From NCBI GenBank assembly GCA_963815195.1, contig CAWFGE010000012.1, positions 928,001-992,000 of the forward strand: a stretch of 64,000 nt of DNA, read 5' to 3'. Numbering within the stretch: position 1 is the first letter of the stretch; every line of letters starts with the position of its first letter. Under the pieces are notes generated by a model. That model did no database searches and had not been told where the DNA came from. It saw nothing but the letters and a program-made list of their open reading frames with translations. This DNA comes from an uncultured Planctomycetaceae bacterium. Lineage in GTDB: Bacteria > Planctomycetota > Planctomycetia > Planctomycetales > Planctomycetaceae. Below, one piece after another: positions 9,390-20,216 of the stretch. The translations under genes and the position numbers were made by a program.

Positions 9390-10659
9390 ATGAGACGCGG
9401 CGTTGTTGTCGGATTGGGCTTGTTGCTGATGGCCGCTCGGCTGGGGGCGGGGGAGCCGGCCGTGATCGATTTGGACGACCCGCTGCCCTACGGACAACGG
9501 CCGATCGATTACTTCGGCCGCGAGACCGAAAATCCCGCGGAGCGATTGAAGGACCGGCTGGAAACCGGCCAGGCTCGGCTTAACAGCGAATCGGCCGTGG
9601 GCTATTTGAAGTCGCTGCTCGACGAGTTGGACATTTCGCCCGCTTCGCAGATGCTGGTGTATTCCAAGACGGCCCTCAATCCGCAGTTGGTCTCGCCGGA
9701 GACCCCGCGGGCGGTGTTCTTCAACGAGGACTGCTACGTCGGCTGGGTGCCCGGGGCGGCGGCCCTCGAAATCGCCGCGGTCGATCCTCGAAAGGGGCTG
9801 ATGTTCTACACGCTCAACCTTCCCAAACGGTCGGCGAAGGCAGAGCCGCCGCAACTTCCAAAGCGGGAAAGCCAATGCCTGGCCTGCCACGCGGGGACGT
9901 CGGCTTTGCGGGTGCCCGGCGGTTTGGTGCGGTCGTTTATCACCGATGAAACCGGCCGGCCTTTGTCGGGCTATTCGCGAATCACGCATCAAACGCCTTT
10001 CGCGAAACGCTTCGGCGGCTGGTACGTCACCGGCCAGCACGGGCGGCAGACACACCGCGGGAACATCATCGAACCCAAAGCCGGCCACTCGCCGAACCTC
10101 ATGCCGTCGCCCAACAACGTCAACGACTTGAAAGGCGTGTTCGACACTTCGCGCTACCCGGCGGACCACAGCGATCTGGTCGCGCAAATGGTGTTTCATC
10201 ATCAGATCCACGGGCAAAATCTGTTGATCCGCGCGGGTTACGAAGCGCGTTTCGGCAAACGCTCCGATGTGGAGGATCAGTTCGTCCGCTATCTGCTGTT
10301 TATCGATGAAGCCCCGCTCGCCGAGCCTGTCCAAGGCAGCACCGATTTCGCGAAGTGGTTCGCCGACCGCGGCAAGAAGGATTCCAAAGGGCGGTCTCTC
10401 CGCGACGGGAACCTCAAAACCCGCCTGTTTGAGCACCGCCTGAGTTACCTCATCGAAACCGAGCCTCTTCGACGCCCTGCCAAAGCCCGCCAAACTGCGG
10501 ATTCTTCAAAAACTCCACACCGTCCTTGCGGCCGAGATTCCCCCCAAACCGTTCGATAAAATTCCCGCGGCGGAGCGCCGGGCGGTTCTGGATCTTGTCC
10601 GCCAAATCAAAACCGACCTGCCGCCCGAATGGAGAGCGAAGGAGTTCGCTCCAAAATAG
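9390..10659 (+). CDS. Secreted protein with a single CxxCH (possible cytochrome c); apparent frameshift near 10470
   Basis: Signal peptide MRRGVVVGLGLLLMAA, CLACH motif. A plausible C-terminus (FDALPKPAK...LPPEWRAKEFAPK*) is in a shifted frame ending 10659. Confidence 0.7.
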
Positions 10660-10857
10660 TGCACGCGCCTTGGGCGGTTTCTTGGCATCGGGGTTCCCGA
10701 AACCTCCAAAATGAAACAACAGGGAACTGCACTTTGAAGCGCGCCTTGGAGAACGTGCGTGCGATCGGCGCGACTTTTCTTGTCGCCGCCAAGCCTCGAT
10801 CACCTTACCTGTCTCATCCCGGAGTTCAAGGTCAGCGAGAGCCGCTTGACTCGACGA

Positions 10858-12348
10858 TTACTTTGCGATCTCCCAGGAGACGCCCTTGCGAATCGAAACC
10901 AGATGCGCATGGGGCCGAAGGTCACGCGTTCTTCCCGGCTTGAATACGAAGACGACCTTCGACTTGCCGTTGTTTTTTTCGACTGTGAAAGTCAACTTGT
11001 CCTGACCGGAACCGGCCCATTGAAAGAACACGAGAAACTCCTGCTCGAAGTCGACCTGCTTGGCGATCTTTTCCGCCCTTGGTTCTCCAAAAACCTCGGC
11101 CAGCGAATTGCGAGTCTCGATCAGCGTTGGCTTCGTTCGACGAAAACCTTGTAAACTCGCCGCCCGAGGAGGCATGAAGCCTTTGATCTCCGCCGCGACT
11201 GACGCTTCGCCCTTTTCCTGCAACAACTTCACCGCAAATCTCGCAAAGAGAATCTTCTCATAGGCATTCTTTTCGCCGCCTTCGTAAAGACAGCCGATCG
11301 AACCGTCCGGCAAAACGGTTAGACAGGAATAGGCCGACGGTCCTTCATGGAGCAACAACGCGGCCGGCCACGTTTCTCCTTCATCGTGGCTGAGTCGCAC
11401 CGTCAGCCGTTCGCGTTTGGTCTTGGACGCCGGATTGGAAAACAGCAGCCTTCCGCCGCTGGCGTCGCCCTTGCCTGCGTACCGCAGCAAACTCCCTTGG
11501 CAAATTGGTTCGATCAGCGATTCGTCGAAACGCAGTTTTCCCCAGGTCTCGCCTCCGTCTTGGCTAACAGCCACCGCCCGCATTTTGTCTTTCTCCTGCT
11601 GCTTGCCGTCACGGCCCCAGTAATTCCGCATATTCATCATCAAGGTGCCGCCCTGCAGTTCCACAACCTGGCACTCGTCCGTATGCCGACCGACCGTTCC
11701 GCCGAGTTTCCAATTCTTGCCGTGGTCATCGCTGAAAATCGCATGCGCGAACATGACGCGTTTGCCATCGACTTGTTCGCTGTGGTCGCAGGGAACGACC
11801 AGCCGGCCTTTGTGCTGGCCGCGCGTCAGTTGAATGCCGACGCCTGGCCCTGTGGCGTACCAACCCCAATTGGACGGTTTGACGCTGCCCGAGATCGCCG
11901 TCGGCTTGACCCACGTCTGCCCGTCATCGTCGCTGTATGTGATCAAGACATCGTCGTTGTTGCGGCAGAAGGGAAGCCAGATCCGGCCCGTGGACTGATC
12001 CACGACCGGACAGGGATTGCCGATGGTGGTTTTCGCATCGCCGCCTTCCTCGTAAATAATCTGCGTCGGCTTCCACGTCTTGCCATTGTCGAGGGAGCGA
12101 CGCAGCAGCAGGTCCAAGTCCCCGTGGTCGGACCGACTCGACTTGCGGCCCTCGCAGAATGCCAGCACCGTTCCGTGGGGCGATACGATCACGGCGGGGA
12201 TGCGATAGGTGTGGTAGCCCCCCGCACCGCTGACAAAGACGTCAACTTTGGCCGGCACTTCACCCGCAAAAACGGCACCGCCCTCAAGGTACGCCACTGC
12301 CAGACAACCAAAGACCAGTGCGGCAGTGAATGTGTGCTTACAACTCAT
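10858..12348 (-). CDS. Exo-alpha-sialidase (GH33, Asp-box) with C-terminal extension
   Basis: Signal peptide, YRIP motif, Asp-boxes SLDNGKTW, SDDDGQTW, SDDHGKNW, SQDGGETW, SHDEGETW, and GPSAYS. Confidence 0.9.
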   Translation of the reverse strand: MSCKHTFTAALVFGCLAVAYLEGGAVFAGEVPAKVDVFVSGAGGYHTYRIPAVIVSPHGTVLAFCEGRKSSRSDHGDLDLLLRRSLDNGKTWKPTQIIYEEGGDAKTTIGNPCPVVDQSTGRIWLPFCRNNDDVLITYSDDDGQTWVKPTAISGSVKPSNWGWYATGPGVGIQLTRGQHKGRLVVPCDHSEQVDGKRVMFAHAIFSDDHGKNWKLGGTVGRHTDECQVVELQGGTLMMNMRNYWGRDGKQQEKDKMRAVAVSQDGGETWGKLRFDESLIEPICQGSLLRYAGKGDASGGRLLFSNPASKTKRERLTVRLSHDEGETWPAALLLHEGPSAYSCLTVLPDGSIGCLYEGGEKNAYEKILFARFAVKLLQEKGEASVAAEIKGFMPPRAASLQGFRRTKPTLIETRNSLAEVFGEPRAEKIAKQVDFEQEFLVFFQWAGSGQDKLTFTVEKNNGKSKVVFVFKPGRTRDLRPHAHLVSIRKGVSWEIAK

Positions 12349-12686
12349 GGCTATTTATTCCTGGAGAGTGGTGAAGGGGGATGGCTTGCGGACTAATTCA
12401 AGACTTGCATTTCGACGGCTTCGATCGCCAACGACGTTCGATTTGTCAAAGCGATTCTCACGTTCCGCTTTTGCGTTGACGTTCCGGTCGCCCCAATCGG
12501 CGACGCCATAGGTTCCGCTGATTCTCCGCATCTTACCGCCCTCCACCGTTTGATTCCAATCGTCGGCCGGGCGGCCTGCTGGTCCTGGGGGGAAAGATGG
12601 TTGGAAAACGGCCCGAATCGCTCGTCGGTGAGGACGTCAGCTCATACGAAATCGTGGCGCATGGTCCGCTAGTGCGGGGCCATTGG

Positions 12687-14794
12687 CTAGTTCCGCCGCT
12701 TGAGCACGATGAAATAGCCGTCGGTGCGGTCGGGGAGGAGTTCCCAGTCTTTGGGGCGGTTGCGGTATTCGGGGATGTCGGCGGGCGTCTTGATTTTGCT
12801 ATAGGGATGCTGGGTGTCGATGACGAGGTAATAGGTTTCGCCGGGGACCGGATTCGTGAGTTCTTTATCCGTGGCGCACTTGTAGGAACTGTAGTCATAG
12901 GACCTGGCATAGTGGGTGAACCGGGGATGCACGAAGTCCGTGGAGAACACGCGGGCGGTTTTGGGGATTTCATCGATGACGATCGCAAACACTTTCGCTC
13001 GCTCGCTTAGACAATATCGCTTTTTCCAATAGATGTTCGAATCCGGATCCCAAAACCCGATGCCTAGAGGACTCATGCTATAAAATACACCGGTGCAGAA
13101 GGCCGAGGCGAATAGAAACGATGCCGCCCAACGAGTTCTATAAAAATCGCTTATAGGATTCGCATCCTTTTTCTTAAAAAATCGCAAGATGCTGGGAAAC
13201 CTTGCGACGCCCGCGGTCGTGGCCCAGAGGATGATCGGCACAAGCGGGGCGTGGAAATGATGTTGCGGCGTGCGGTCGATTTGGTTCAGGCAAAGAATTC
13301 CAAACAGCGGCAACGCGACGAGCAATCGGCTGGGCGAGAGTAACGCGATGGCACCCAGTGGAATAAGAGGCACAGCGGCATACATGGGCGTCGTCACCGC
13401 GAAGAGTTCAGAAAACAGCAGCTTGGGATTGCCCAGGATGTTCCGCACGACTTCGCCAAGCGTGGAGCCGAATTGCGGAAAATAGCCGACGTAGTGCACC
13501 TCGTCCCCGCTGCGGAACCAGGGGATGATATATTTCACGGCTAGTATTAAATACACAGTGCTGAACACCGCGAGCCCGATCCCATACCAACGCAGCCGGC
13601 CCGGTTTTGCTGGTGTATTGAGGTCAGGGTTCTTCTTAATATCGCTGGGCTGGAACAGAGCGATCCAAACTCCTAGCGGAGCCAGAACGATCGCATAGTC
13701 TTCTTTAGCCGATAGCGCAACGAGCCAAAATAATAGGGCCGACTTCATGCGGCCGCGTTCGAGTTGGTCGAGACCATATAAGACGAGAGGCACGCCAAAC
13801 GCGATGGGGCGGAAGGTTTTCAGGTCAATCGCGATGTCGATATATTGCAGCGGAAAGTAAAGGAGATAGGCGATCGCCACGCACAGTCCTGAGCGCGGCG
13901 AGCCGGTATGCCTCCGCGTCATCCAAAATATCGGGAACGCCCCCGAGGCGAGGGCCAGCGATTCGCAGAGGTCCATCGTCATCAGCGACGGCCAAATCAA
14001 ATAGATCGGCAACAGCAACACGTGCACCACTTGCAGATGCTCGCCGAGGAACAGGCGGTCTTCCTGGTAGCTGCGAAAGCCTTTGCCGTGGGTGAGGTTC
14101 CAGAGGTGTTCCTCATACATCGCCGAGTCGCCGTGGGGCACGAGCAGGTTGCGGTAGAGCCTGCCAGTTCATCGCCGTGAACACGATCACATAAATCCCA
14201 GCCGCGATCGCCACGCCCCAAAACGCGGCCCGCGAAATTCTTCGATGTCTCCGAAATAGAACGTTCCGAAGCGGGTGGGGACATTAAGCTTCCAAAAGTC
14301 GCCAGCCAACCCGCGAAGGCGCTCGCCATCCACAGGGGCGAGGTCTCCACCAAAAAGACTCCGAAGGAATTGGTTTCCCCCAACAGCGGGGCAAAGATGC
14401 GGGCCGCCTCCCAAGCGGCCGGGATCAAACCCCACAGCCAACCGAAGAGTCCCCAGCGGCCGAGAGCCGAGGTAAACGATTTTCCAGACCGGCGGGAGAT
14501 CAGCCAACCGCCTGCAAACCAGCACACCAAACCGCTCGCCAGGTTGATGGCAAAAATCGGCGCGTAACCGGGGTCGGCTTCGAAGATTCCCGTTTGCGGT
14601 TGAAAGGCGAGGTGGCTGCCTAAGAGTTCGACCAGCCGCGACCAGAGGCCGCCGCTCAGAAATCGGCTGGAAATCGGGCCGCTCTGCAAAATCGACTGGA
14701 GGGCCAATGAGCAGAGCGCCGTCGCCAGCACCACGCACAATCCGCCCCGCCAAGGCGAAGGGGAAGAACGCGGAGGATTCGGCGGAGCGGGCAT
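12687..14794 (-). CDS. DUF2079-like polytopic membrane protein (putative GT-C fold); apparent frameshift near 14160
   Basis: HGDSAMYEEHLWN, LGEH, KTFRP and AKED motifs with many TM segments. ORFs 13997-14800 and 12687-14141 join across one indel. Confidence 0.75.
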
Positions 14795-15100
14795 GGACAA
14801 TCAGCGGGGCGAAATTCAACGCTGCGGGCGAAAATTGGGCGGCAACATATGATCTTAGCAGATTTGGCCTGGAAGCGAATTGTGCCCGGGCTTGAAACTT
14901 GTGTTCATTGACCTGGGCAATTCGGGGGGAATTTGTATGATGGACGCGGTTCCGGAACGTGGATTTTCCGTTCCAAAACCTTCAAATCCCCATTCGATTG
15001 TGGTAGCCTCGTGTTGATCTACTAAATGTGGGGCCGGTTTCGCGTGCGGTGGCATGGGGAATCCAACCGCAAAACGCCTTGGCTTTCTGGGACCCCGTTG

Positions 15101-15757
15101 ATGTTGCAGCCTTCCACGCCGCCCTCCGCCCGGATCTATTGTGCGGGGCCGTTGTTCAATCAGGCCGAGCGGGACGAGATGACCGCGATTGCCGACGCCC
15201 TTTGCGAAACCGGTTTCACGGTGTATTTGCCGCACCGGGACGGCATGGAGTTTCGGCTGGTGCTCGAGGAACTTGTCGAGCGCGGCTGGCCGGCTCCCTT
15301 GGCGGCTCAGTTTTTGCACGCGGCGATTTTTGCGCTGGACGTATATCAACTCGCGGAGGAATGCCAGGCCGTCGCCTGGAATTTGAACGGCCGGGTTCCG
15401 GATGAGGGGGCGGTTTCGGAAGCGGCCATCGCCTGGACGCTGGGCAAGCCGATCGTGGCCTACATGGATGATGTGCGGTCGCTGATTTCCGGCCGCGTGA
15501 ACCCGATGCTGGTCGGACTTGTGGAGTTTGAAACCAAAGCCGCGATCGGCGATCTGCCGGTGGCGATCCGGGCCGCCCTCGAAGCCGAGGATCACGCGCC
15601 GATTCCGTTCGAGGATTTGCCGCCTCGGATGCGGCGGGCGATTTCCGACGGCCGGAAACTCTGGGGGGCCATGCAAAAAGCCGACGCCCAACTGGACAAC
15701 GAGGTGATCGCCGAAGTCGTGGCCGAGTTGTTTGCGCCCACATCGTCGGTGGGATAA
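15101..15757 (+). CDS. Nucleoside 2-deoxyribosyltransferase / N-glycosidase family protein
   Basis: IYCAGPLF, YLPHRDG, D.GAVSE...A...GKP and NPML motifs. Confidence 0.82.
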   Translation: MLQPSTPPSARIYCAGPLFNQAERDEMTAIADALCETGFTVYLPHRDGMEFRLVLEELVERGWPAPLAAQFLHAAIFALDVYQLAEECQAVAWNLNGRVPDEGAVSEAAIAWTLGKPIVAYMDDVRSLISGRVNPMLVGLVEFETKAAIGDLPVAIRAALEAEDHAPIPFEDLPPRMRRAISDGRKLWGAMQKADAQLDNEVIAEVVAELFAPTSSVG

Positions 15758-15783
15758 CTTTTGCGGATGGGGAACCTGAGACC

Positions 15784-17118
15784 ATGCCTCATCCTCTTCT
15801 AGACATTCCCGAGTTGGCCCAATTGGAGGCGGGGCGGGGTCTCGTCCGAATCCCGATGGAGCAGGATGTTCCCTTCACGCCCCGCGTGCGGGCGTTGGTC
15901 GATACCCGCGAGTTTCAGCGGCTCCGGCATGTTTCGCAGTTGGGCTTGACTTCGCTGGTGTACCCGGGGGCGACGCATACGCGGTTCGAGCACGCGCTCG
16001 GCGTGTTTCATAATTCGCTCCGGTATCTCTCGCAGTTGGGGAAAGATCCCCGCTTTGCCGAGGTCTTCGATCCGCACGGGGCGGAGCTCTTGATGGCGTC
16101 GGCCTTGCTCCACGACCTGGGGCATTGGCCGTTTTGCCATGCGATCGAGGATTTGTCGCTGGCGGAACTCAATTCGCACGAGGCCTATGCTGCGGAGTTC
16201 TTGGGGCCGCATTGCGAGTTGGCCCAAGTGCTAAAAGACGATTGGAATATCGGGCCCGCCGAGCTTTTGGATGTGCTTGCGGGCGGGACGGACACGCCGG
16301 CTTTGCGTTTGATTCGCTCGGTGCTTTCCGGGCCGATCGACATCGACAAGATGGACTATCTCGACCGGGACAGCCTGCATTGCGGCGTGCCTTACGGACG
16401 GAACTTCGATCGCGGGCGGCTGATGCAGTCGCTGGTGCTCAATGAAAACGCCGACGGCCTGGCGGTCACCAGCAAAGGCCGGACGGCGGCGGAGTTGATG
16501 GTGTTTGCCCGCTATGTGATGTTCAGCGAGGTGTATTGGCACCACGCCGTGCGCGCGGCGACGTGCATGTTCGCCCGCGGGTTTTACGAATTGCGGGAAG
16601 GCATCGATCTTTCGCATTTCTTCCAGCAGACCGAAGCCGAGACCATCGCCGAGCTTCGCCGCCGGGCGGCGGGAACGACCTGCGAACCCTTGCTCGAAGG
16701 TCTGTTCGGTTCCAAACGCCGGCTGTATAAATCGGTCGTGGAGTTCAGTTTCTATCAAACGCCCGAACTCTATCAGCCCTTGGCCCGCCAACCTTTCGAG
16801 CATTTGCTGGACCTCTCCAGACAACTCATCGACCGCATATCCTCGGCGACTGGCGACCGGCTGGCTCCGACCGATGTGCTGATTGATGCCCCGCCGCCGC
16901 ACCGCGAAGTGGAATTCCACGTGCCGATTTATTTCCCCAAGGAAGACATTTACCGCCCGCTGCATCAAGTCTCGCCCGTGGTGGAATCTCTGGCTCAAAA
17001 GCAGTTCGACGATTACGTGAAGCGGGTGCGGATCTTCGTGCATCCCGACCGCGTTTCCGCCGTCGCCTCGCAGGTCCTTCCCTGTTTGAGCGAACTGATT
17101 GCAGACCGAGCCAATTGA
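15784..17118 (+). CDS. HD-domain phosphohydrolase (YwfO/SAMHD1-like, putative dNTP triphosphohydrolase)
   Basis: FQRLRHVSQLG, YPGATHTRFEHALG, LLHDLGHWPFCH, DIDKMDYLDRD and R..M..EVYWHH motifs. Confidence 0.9.
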   Translation: MPHPLLDIPELAQLEAGRGLVRIPMEQDVPFTPRVRALVDTREFQRLRHVSQLGLTSLVYPGATHTRFEHALGVFHNSLRYLSQLGKDPRFAEVFDPHGAELLMASALLHDLGHWPFCHAIEDLSLAELNSHEAYAAEFLGPHCELAQVLKDDWNIGPAELLDVLAGGTDTPALRLIRSVLSGPIDIDKMDYLDRDSLHCGVPYGRNFDRGRLMQSLVLNENADGLAVTSKGRTAAELMVFARYVMFSEVYWHHAVRAATCMFARGFYELREGIDLSHFFQQTEAETIAELRRRAAGTTCEPLLEGLFGSKRRLYKSVVEFSFYQTPELYQPLARQPFEHLLDLSRQLIDRISSATGDRLAPTDVLIDAPPPHREVEFHVPIYFPKEDIYRPLHQVSPVVESLAQKQFDDYVKRVRIFVHPDRVSAVASQVLPCLSELIADRAN

Positions 17119-17143
17119 GCGTTTTTCGGACGGGTTTGGAGCG

Positions 17144-17176
17144 AAAAAAAGCCCAACCGGTCGGGACGGTTGGGCT
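17144..17176. terminator. Intrinsic terminator of the RRM gene (possibly bidirectional)
   Basis: Stem agcccaaccg / cggttgggct, 7-nt loop, A-tract on + giving a U-tract on -, between convergent genes. Confidence 0.8.
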
Positions 17177-17205
17177 GATTATGGCGACTCGAACGAATTC
17201 GAGGC

Positions 17206-17502
17206 TTAATAGTTGCTGCGGTATCCGCCGCCGCCGCCGCCACCGCCACGCGAGCGGTTTTCGCGGGGGCGGGCTTCGTTGACCGTGAGGGCACGGCCAT
17301 TCAGTTCTTTACCATTCATGCCTTCGATGGCTTCGTCGCCTCCGGATTCCATTTCGACGAAACCGAAACCGCGGGAGCGGCCGGTTTCGCGGTCGGAAAT
17401 CACTTGGGCGCGGGCCACCGTGCCATAAGCGGAAAAGGCTTCACGCAAATCTTCGTCCGTGGTGGTAAAGGGGAGGTTCCCTACATACAAATTCTTACTC
17501 AT
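17206..17502 (-). CDS. RRM RNA-binding protein with Gly-rich tail
   Basis: RNP2 LYVGNL, RNP1 RGFGFVEM, C-terminal RGGGGGGGGY. Confidence 0.95.
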   Translation of the reverse strand: MSKNLYVGNLPFTTTDEDLREAFSAYGTVARAQVISDRETGRSRGFGFVEMESGGDEAIEGMNGKELNGRALTVNEARPRENRSRGGGGGGGGYRSNY

Positions 17503-18127
17503 ACTCATCCTCTATGAGCCCCAATCGGCTCAACACAAAACAAAAACTCAGACAAGGCGACCGCAAAATTGCAGTCCGGAAGTGCAACGACATTCGGCCC
17601 GGCCCACCACGAACAACTCTCTCCAAAAACGACCGTCCCGACCGGCCGACCTTTGAGCAGAAAACTTGTCGCTGACCTTCTAATGTCCTGGATTTGGTCG
17701 CAAGAATGGCTGAGTTGCCTGATGAGGAAAACCTCAGAATTCGACGAACAGACGCAGGAACGCGGCTGACAGACGTGGCATTTCCTTTCGTGTGAACCCA
17801 TGCCCACACGATGTGTCGTATAATACACCAAGTTCGGCACGGGAAACATGGAATTTTTGGGTTTTCCTAAAATTTTTCACATCGGCCTATTTTTCGGATC
17901 ACGAAAAACGCGTCCGCAAATCGCGATGCAACCACGAAATCGATCCCAAGCGTTCTCCCGCCCCCGCCGGAAATGCTCAAACCTCGCTTCCCCGACGCCG
18001 ATGCCATTGAAGATCACGCGGCCGAATGGTCGCCCGGCCTCATGGCGGCATCTTGCCTCGCCATTCGATCTCGGCGGTTGGAAGCCGCCCTGACGGAAGA
18101 CATCCGAAAACTGAGAGGACAACCGCG

Positions 18128-18994
18128 ATGAGTCTGTTTCGCCTGGGGGCTTTTTCGAGTTTTCTGATCCTTCTGCAATCGCCGGTGCTGTTTGCGGGGG
18201 TGATCTATGTGGACAACCTGCGCGGGAACGATATTTTCGACGGCACAACCAACAACGCCATCAATCAATACAGCGGTCCCGTGCGGACGCTCCAGCGGGG
18301 GCTGCAACTCATGGGGCACGGCGACGTTTTGAACATCGCCAACACCGGCCGGCCGTATTACGAATCGATGGAACTCGTGGGCGGACGCTTCAGCGGCGAA
18401 CCCTTGCACCCGCTCATCATCGAAGGCAACGGGGCCGAACTCAACGGCTCCTTTCCCGTGCCTGCGCTCGCGTGGCGCAAAGCCGGCAAGCAGCTTTGGA
18501 GAATCACCCCGGTCCGCAAAGGGTTTTATGTTTTGATCCGGGACGACAAACCGCTGCCCGAAGTGCCCGTTCCCGCAAACGCCCGCCAGCTTCCCGCCAT
18601 TCCGGAAGGCCAATGGGCCGCTTGGAAGGGATCGATTTATTTCCGCACGAGCCCGATCGAGTATCCGGAGGATCTCAATTTATGGATCGCCGTCCGTAGC
18701 GTGGGGGTGACGCTGTACGACGTGCACAATGTCGTGGTGCGGAACCTCAAAGTCCGGCAGTTTCGCATCGACGGCTTCAATGCCCACGACCGCGCCAAAA
18801 ACGTCGTGCTGGAGAACATCACCGCCGAGGAAAACGGCCGGGCGGGCGTCACCGCGGCGGGGACTTCGTTCCTGATCCTGGAAAAGCCCACCATCAAGAA
18901 CAATCGCAAGTATTCGGTGCTGATCACCGAAAAAGCCGGCGTCAAAATCGACGACGAAAGCCAGGTCGCCCCGCCGCCCACCATCGCCGAGTGA
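18128..18994 (+). CDS. Secreted right-handed parallel beta-helix protein
   Basis: SD gagga, signal peptide, IYVDNLRGND...GP.RTLQR N-cap and beta-helix repeats (VVRNLKV, ENITAEENGRAG). Confidence 0.75.
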   Translation: MSLFRLGAFSSFLILLQSPVLFAGVIYVDNLRGNDIFDGTTNNAINQYSGPVRTLQRGLQLMGHGDVLNIANTGRPYYESMELVGGRFSGEPLHPLIIEGNGAELNGSFPVPALAWRKAGKQLWRITPVRKGFYVLIRDDKPLPEVPVPANARQLPAIPEGQWAAWKGSIYFRTSPIEYPEDLNLWIAVRSVGVTLYDVHNVVVRNLKVRQFRIDGFNAHDRAKNVVLENITAEENGRAGVTAAGTSFLILEKPTIKNNRKYSVLITEKAGVKIDDESQVAPPPTIAE

Positions 18995-19003
18995 GAAAAG
19001 TCG

Positions 19004-19348
19004 CTACTTCGCGAGCAGTCGTTCCACGGCTTGGATCAGGTCCCGGTAGTGGAACGGTTGCGAGAGATAATGCTCCCGCGAATCTTTGCCGGCCGCAGGT
19101 CGTGGCACGCTCAGGGAACCAATAATCACCCGCGGGACATCGGGCCAGGAATCGTTCACTTCGAAATCCGAAGCCTCGTGGTCTTCGTGCCAAACCACCA
19201 CGTGCGGCGGTGGGAGAGGCGGGACGGAGGCGGCCCCATGCCTGCGGATGCGGTTGACTTCCAAGCCCTGCGGTTCCAGCACCGCTTTCAAAACCTCTTC
19301 GGTTTCCCGCAGCCCATCCACGACGAGAACGCGTTGTCCGTTGGTCAC
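19004..19348 (-). CDS. Small degenerate receiver-like protein
   Basis: RVLVVDG...EVLKAVLEPQG and YLSQPFHYRDLI resemble a receiver domain lacking the canonical phospho-Asp and Lys. Confidence 0.55.
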   Translation of the reverse strand: MTNGQRVLVVDGLRETEEVLKAVLEPQGLEVNRIRRHGAASVPPLPPPHVVVWHEDHEASDFEVNDSWPDVPRVIIGSLSVPRPAAGKDSREHYLSQPFHYRDLIQAVERLLAK

Positions 19349-19524
19349 CTGGCCGTCCTTCCCTGGGGTGTTTTCGACGCGAAGTCCTCCTGACCCCGCC
19401 ACTTGACGCGTCCAGCCCTCCTCGTCAAGCGGCGAGAGAATAGCGGGATTTCCAGGCCGGCTCAAGTGCGGATTGCCGGGCGTTTTTTTGCAGATTTCCC
19501 GCGGCTTCCGAATCGCCCAGGTTC

Positions 19525-19866
19525 TCAATACCTCCGAAACCGGGCCGCGGCGTCTGCGTTCGCCGGCCGATCCTCCGGCAACACGACGGCCTGTTGAAAT
19601 TCGCTTTTCGTGGGCGGAGCGTATTCAATCGTCGGCGGATAAAACACGCCCGCCGACGCGGCCGTTTCTTTCGGTTCCATTTCTTGACCACTGGCGGCCG
19701 GCGGAAACGGCGCGGGAATCACGGGCGGCGGAACTTCCAAGGCCTGAAGTCGCCGATGGTAAGTCGAGCTGTATCCGCCGGGCAACTGATAAGGCGGCAC
19801 CTGGCAACCGGTAAAGAAAAGTAAGACCATCCCGCCCCAGAGAACCCATGTCTTGTCATGTTCCAT
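19525..19866 (-). CDS. Hypothetical lipoprotein
   Basis: Hydrophobic N-terminus with lipobox-like FFTGC. Confidence 0.55.
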   Translation of the reverse strand: MEHDKTWVLWGGMVLLFFTGCQVPPYQLPGGYSSTYHRRLQALEVPPPVIPAPFPPAASGQEMEPKETAASAGVFYPPTIEYAPPTKSEFQQAVVLPEDRPANADAAARFRRY

Positions 19867-20216
19867 ACAGCCGCCCTTTCGCAACATACCTCGCAATCAA
19901 CATCGGCACGAACCACGACGGCATTCCAAATCGCCCGCTGGAAGGGATTCCATCGCCTCCCCTTCTCCCAAGCTCCCTGTCTCCCCCTCTTTGACCAACG
20001 CGGAAGAATCGCCTTCCCTCAAAGCCCTATAAAAGAGGCGGAATTCATTCTTATCGGAATTTGCTCGGTACGGGCTTGACCCAAATTTTAGAATCTCATA
20101 AAAACCCGCCCCGCGAGCGAACAGCACCAAACGGCTCTCTCCGCCGACTTGTCGCTCGTGTCCCTTCGCTCAGATCACTCTCTCCATCTCGACGCCTTTC
20201 AATTAGGAAAGTGACC

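Noticed and set aside
12355..12546. 63-aa ORF between the sialidase and DUF2079 genes
   Set aside because: No motif or convincing coding signal.
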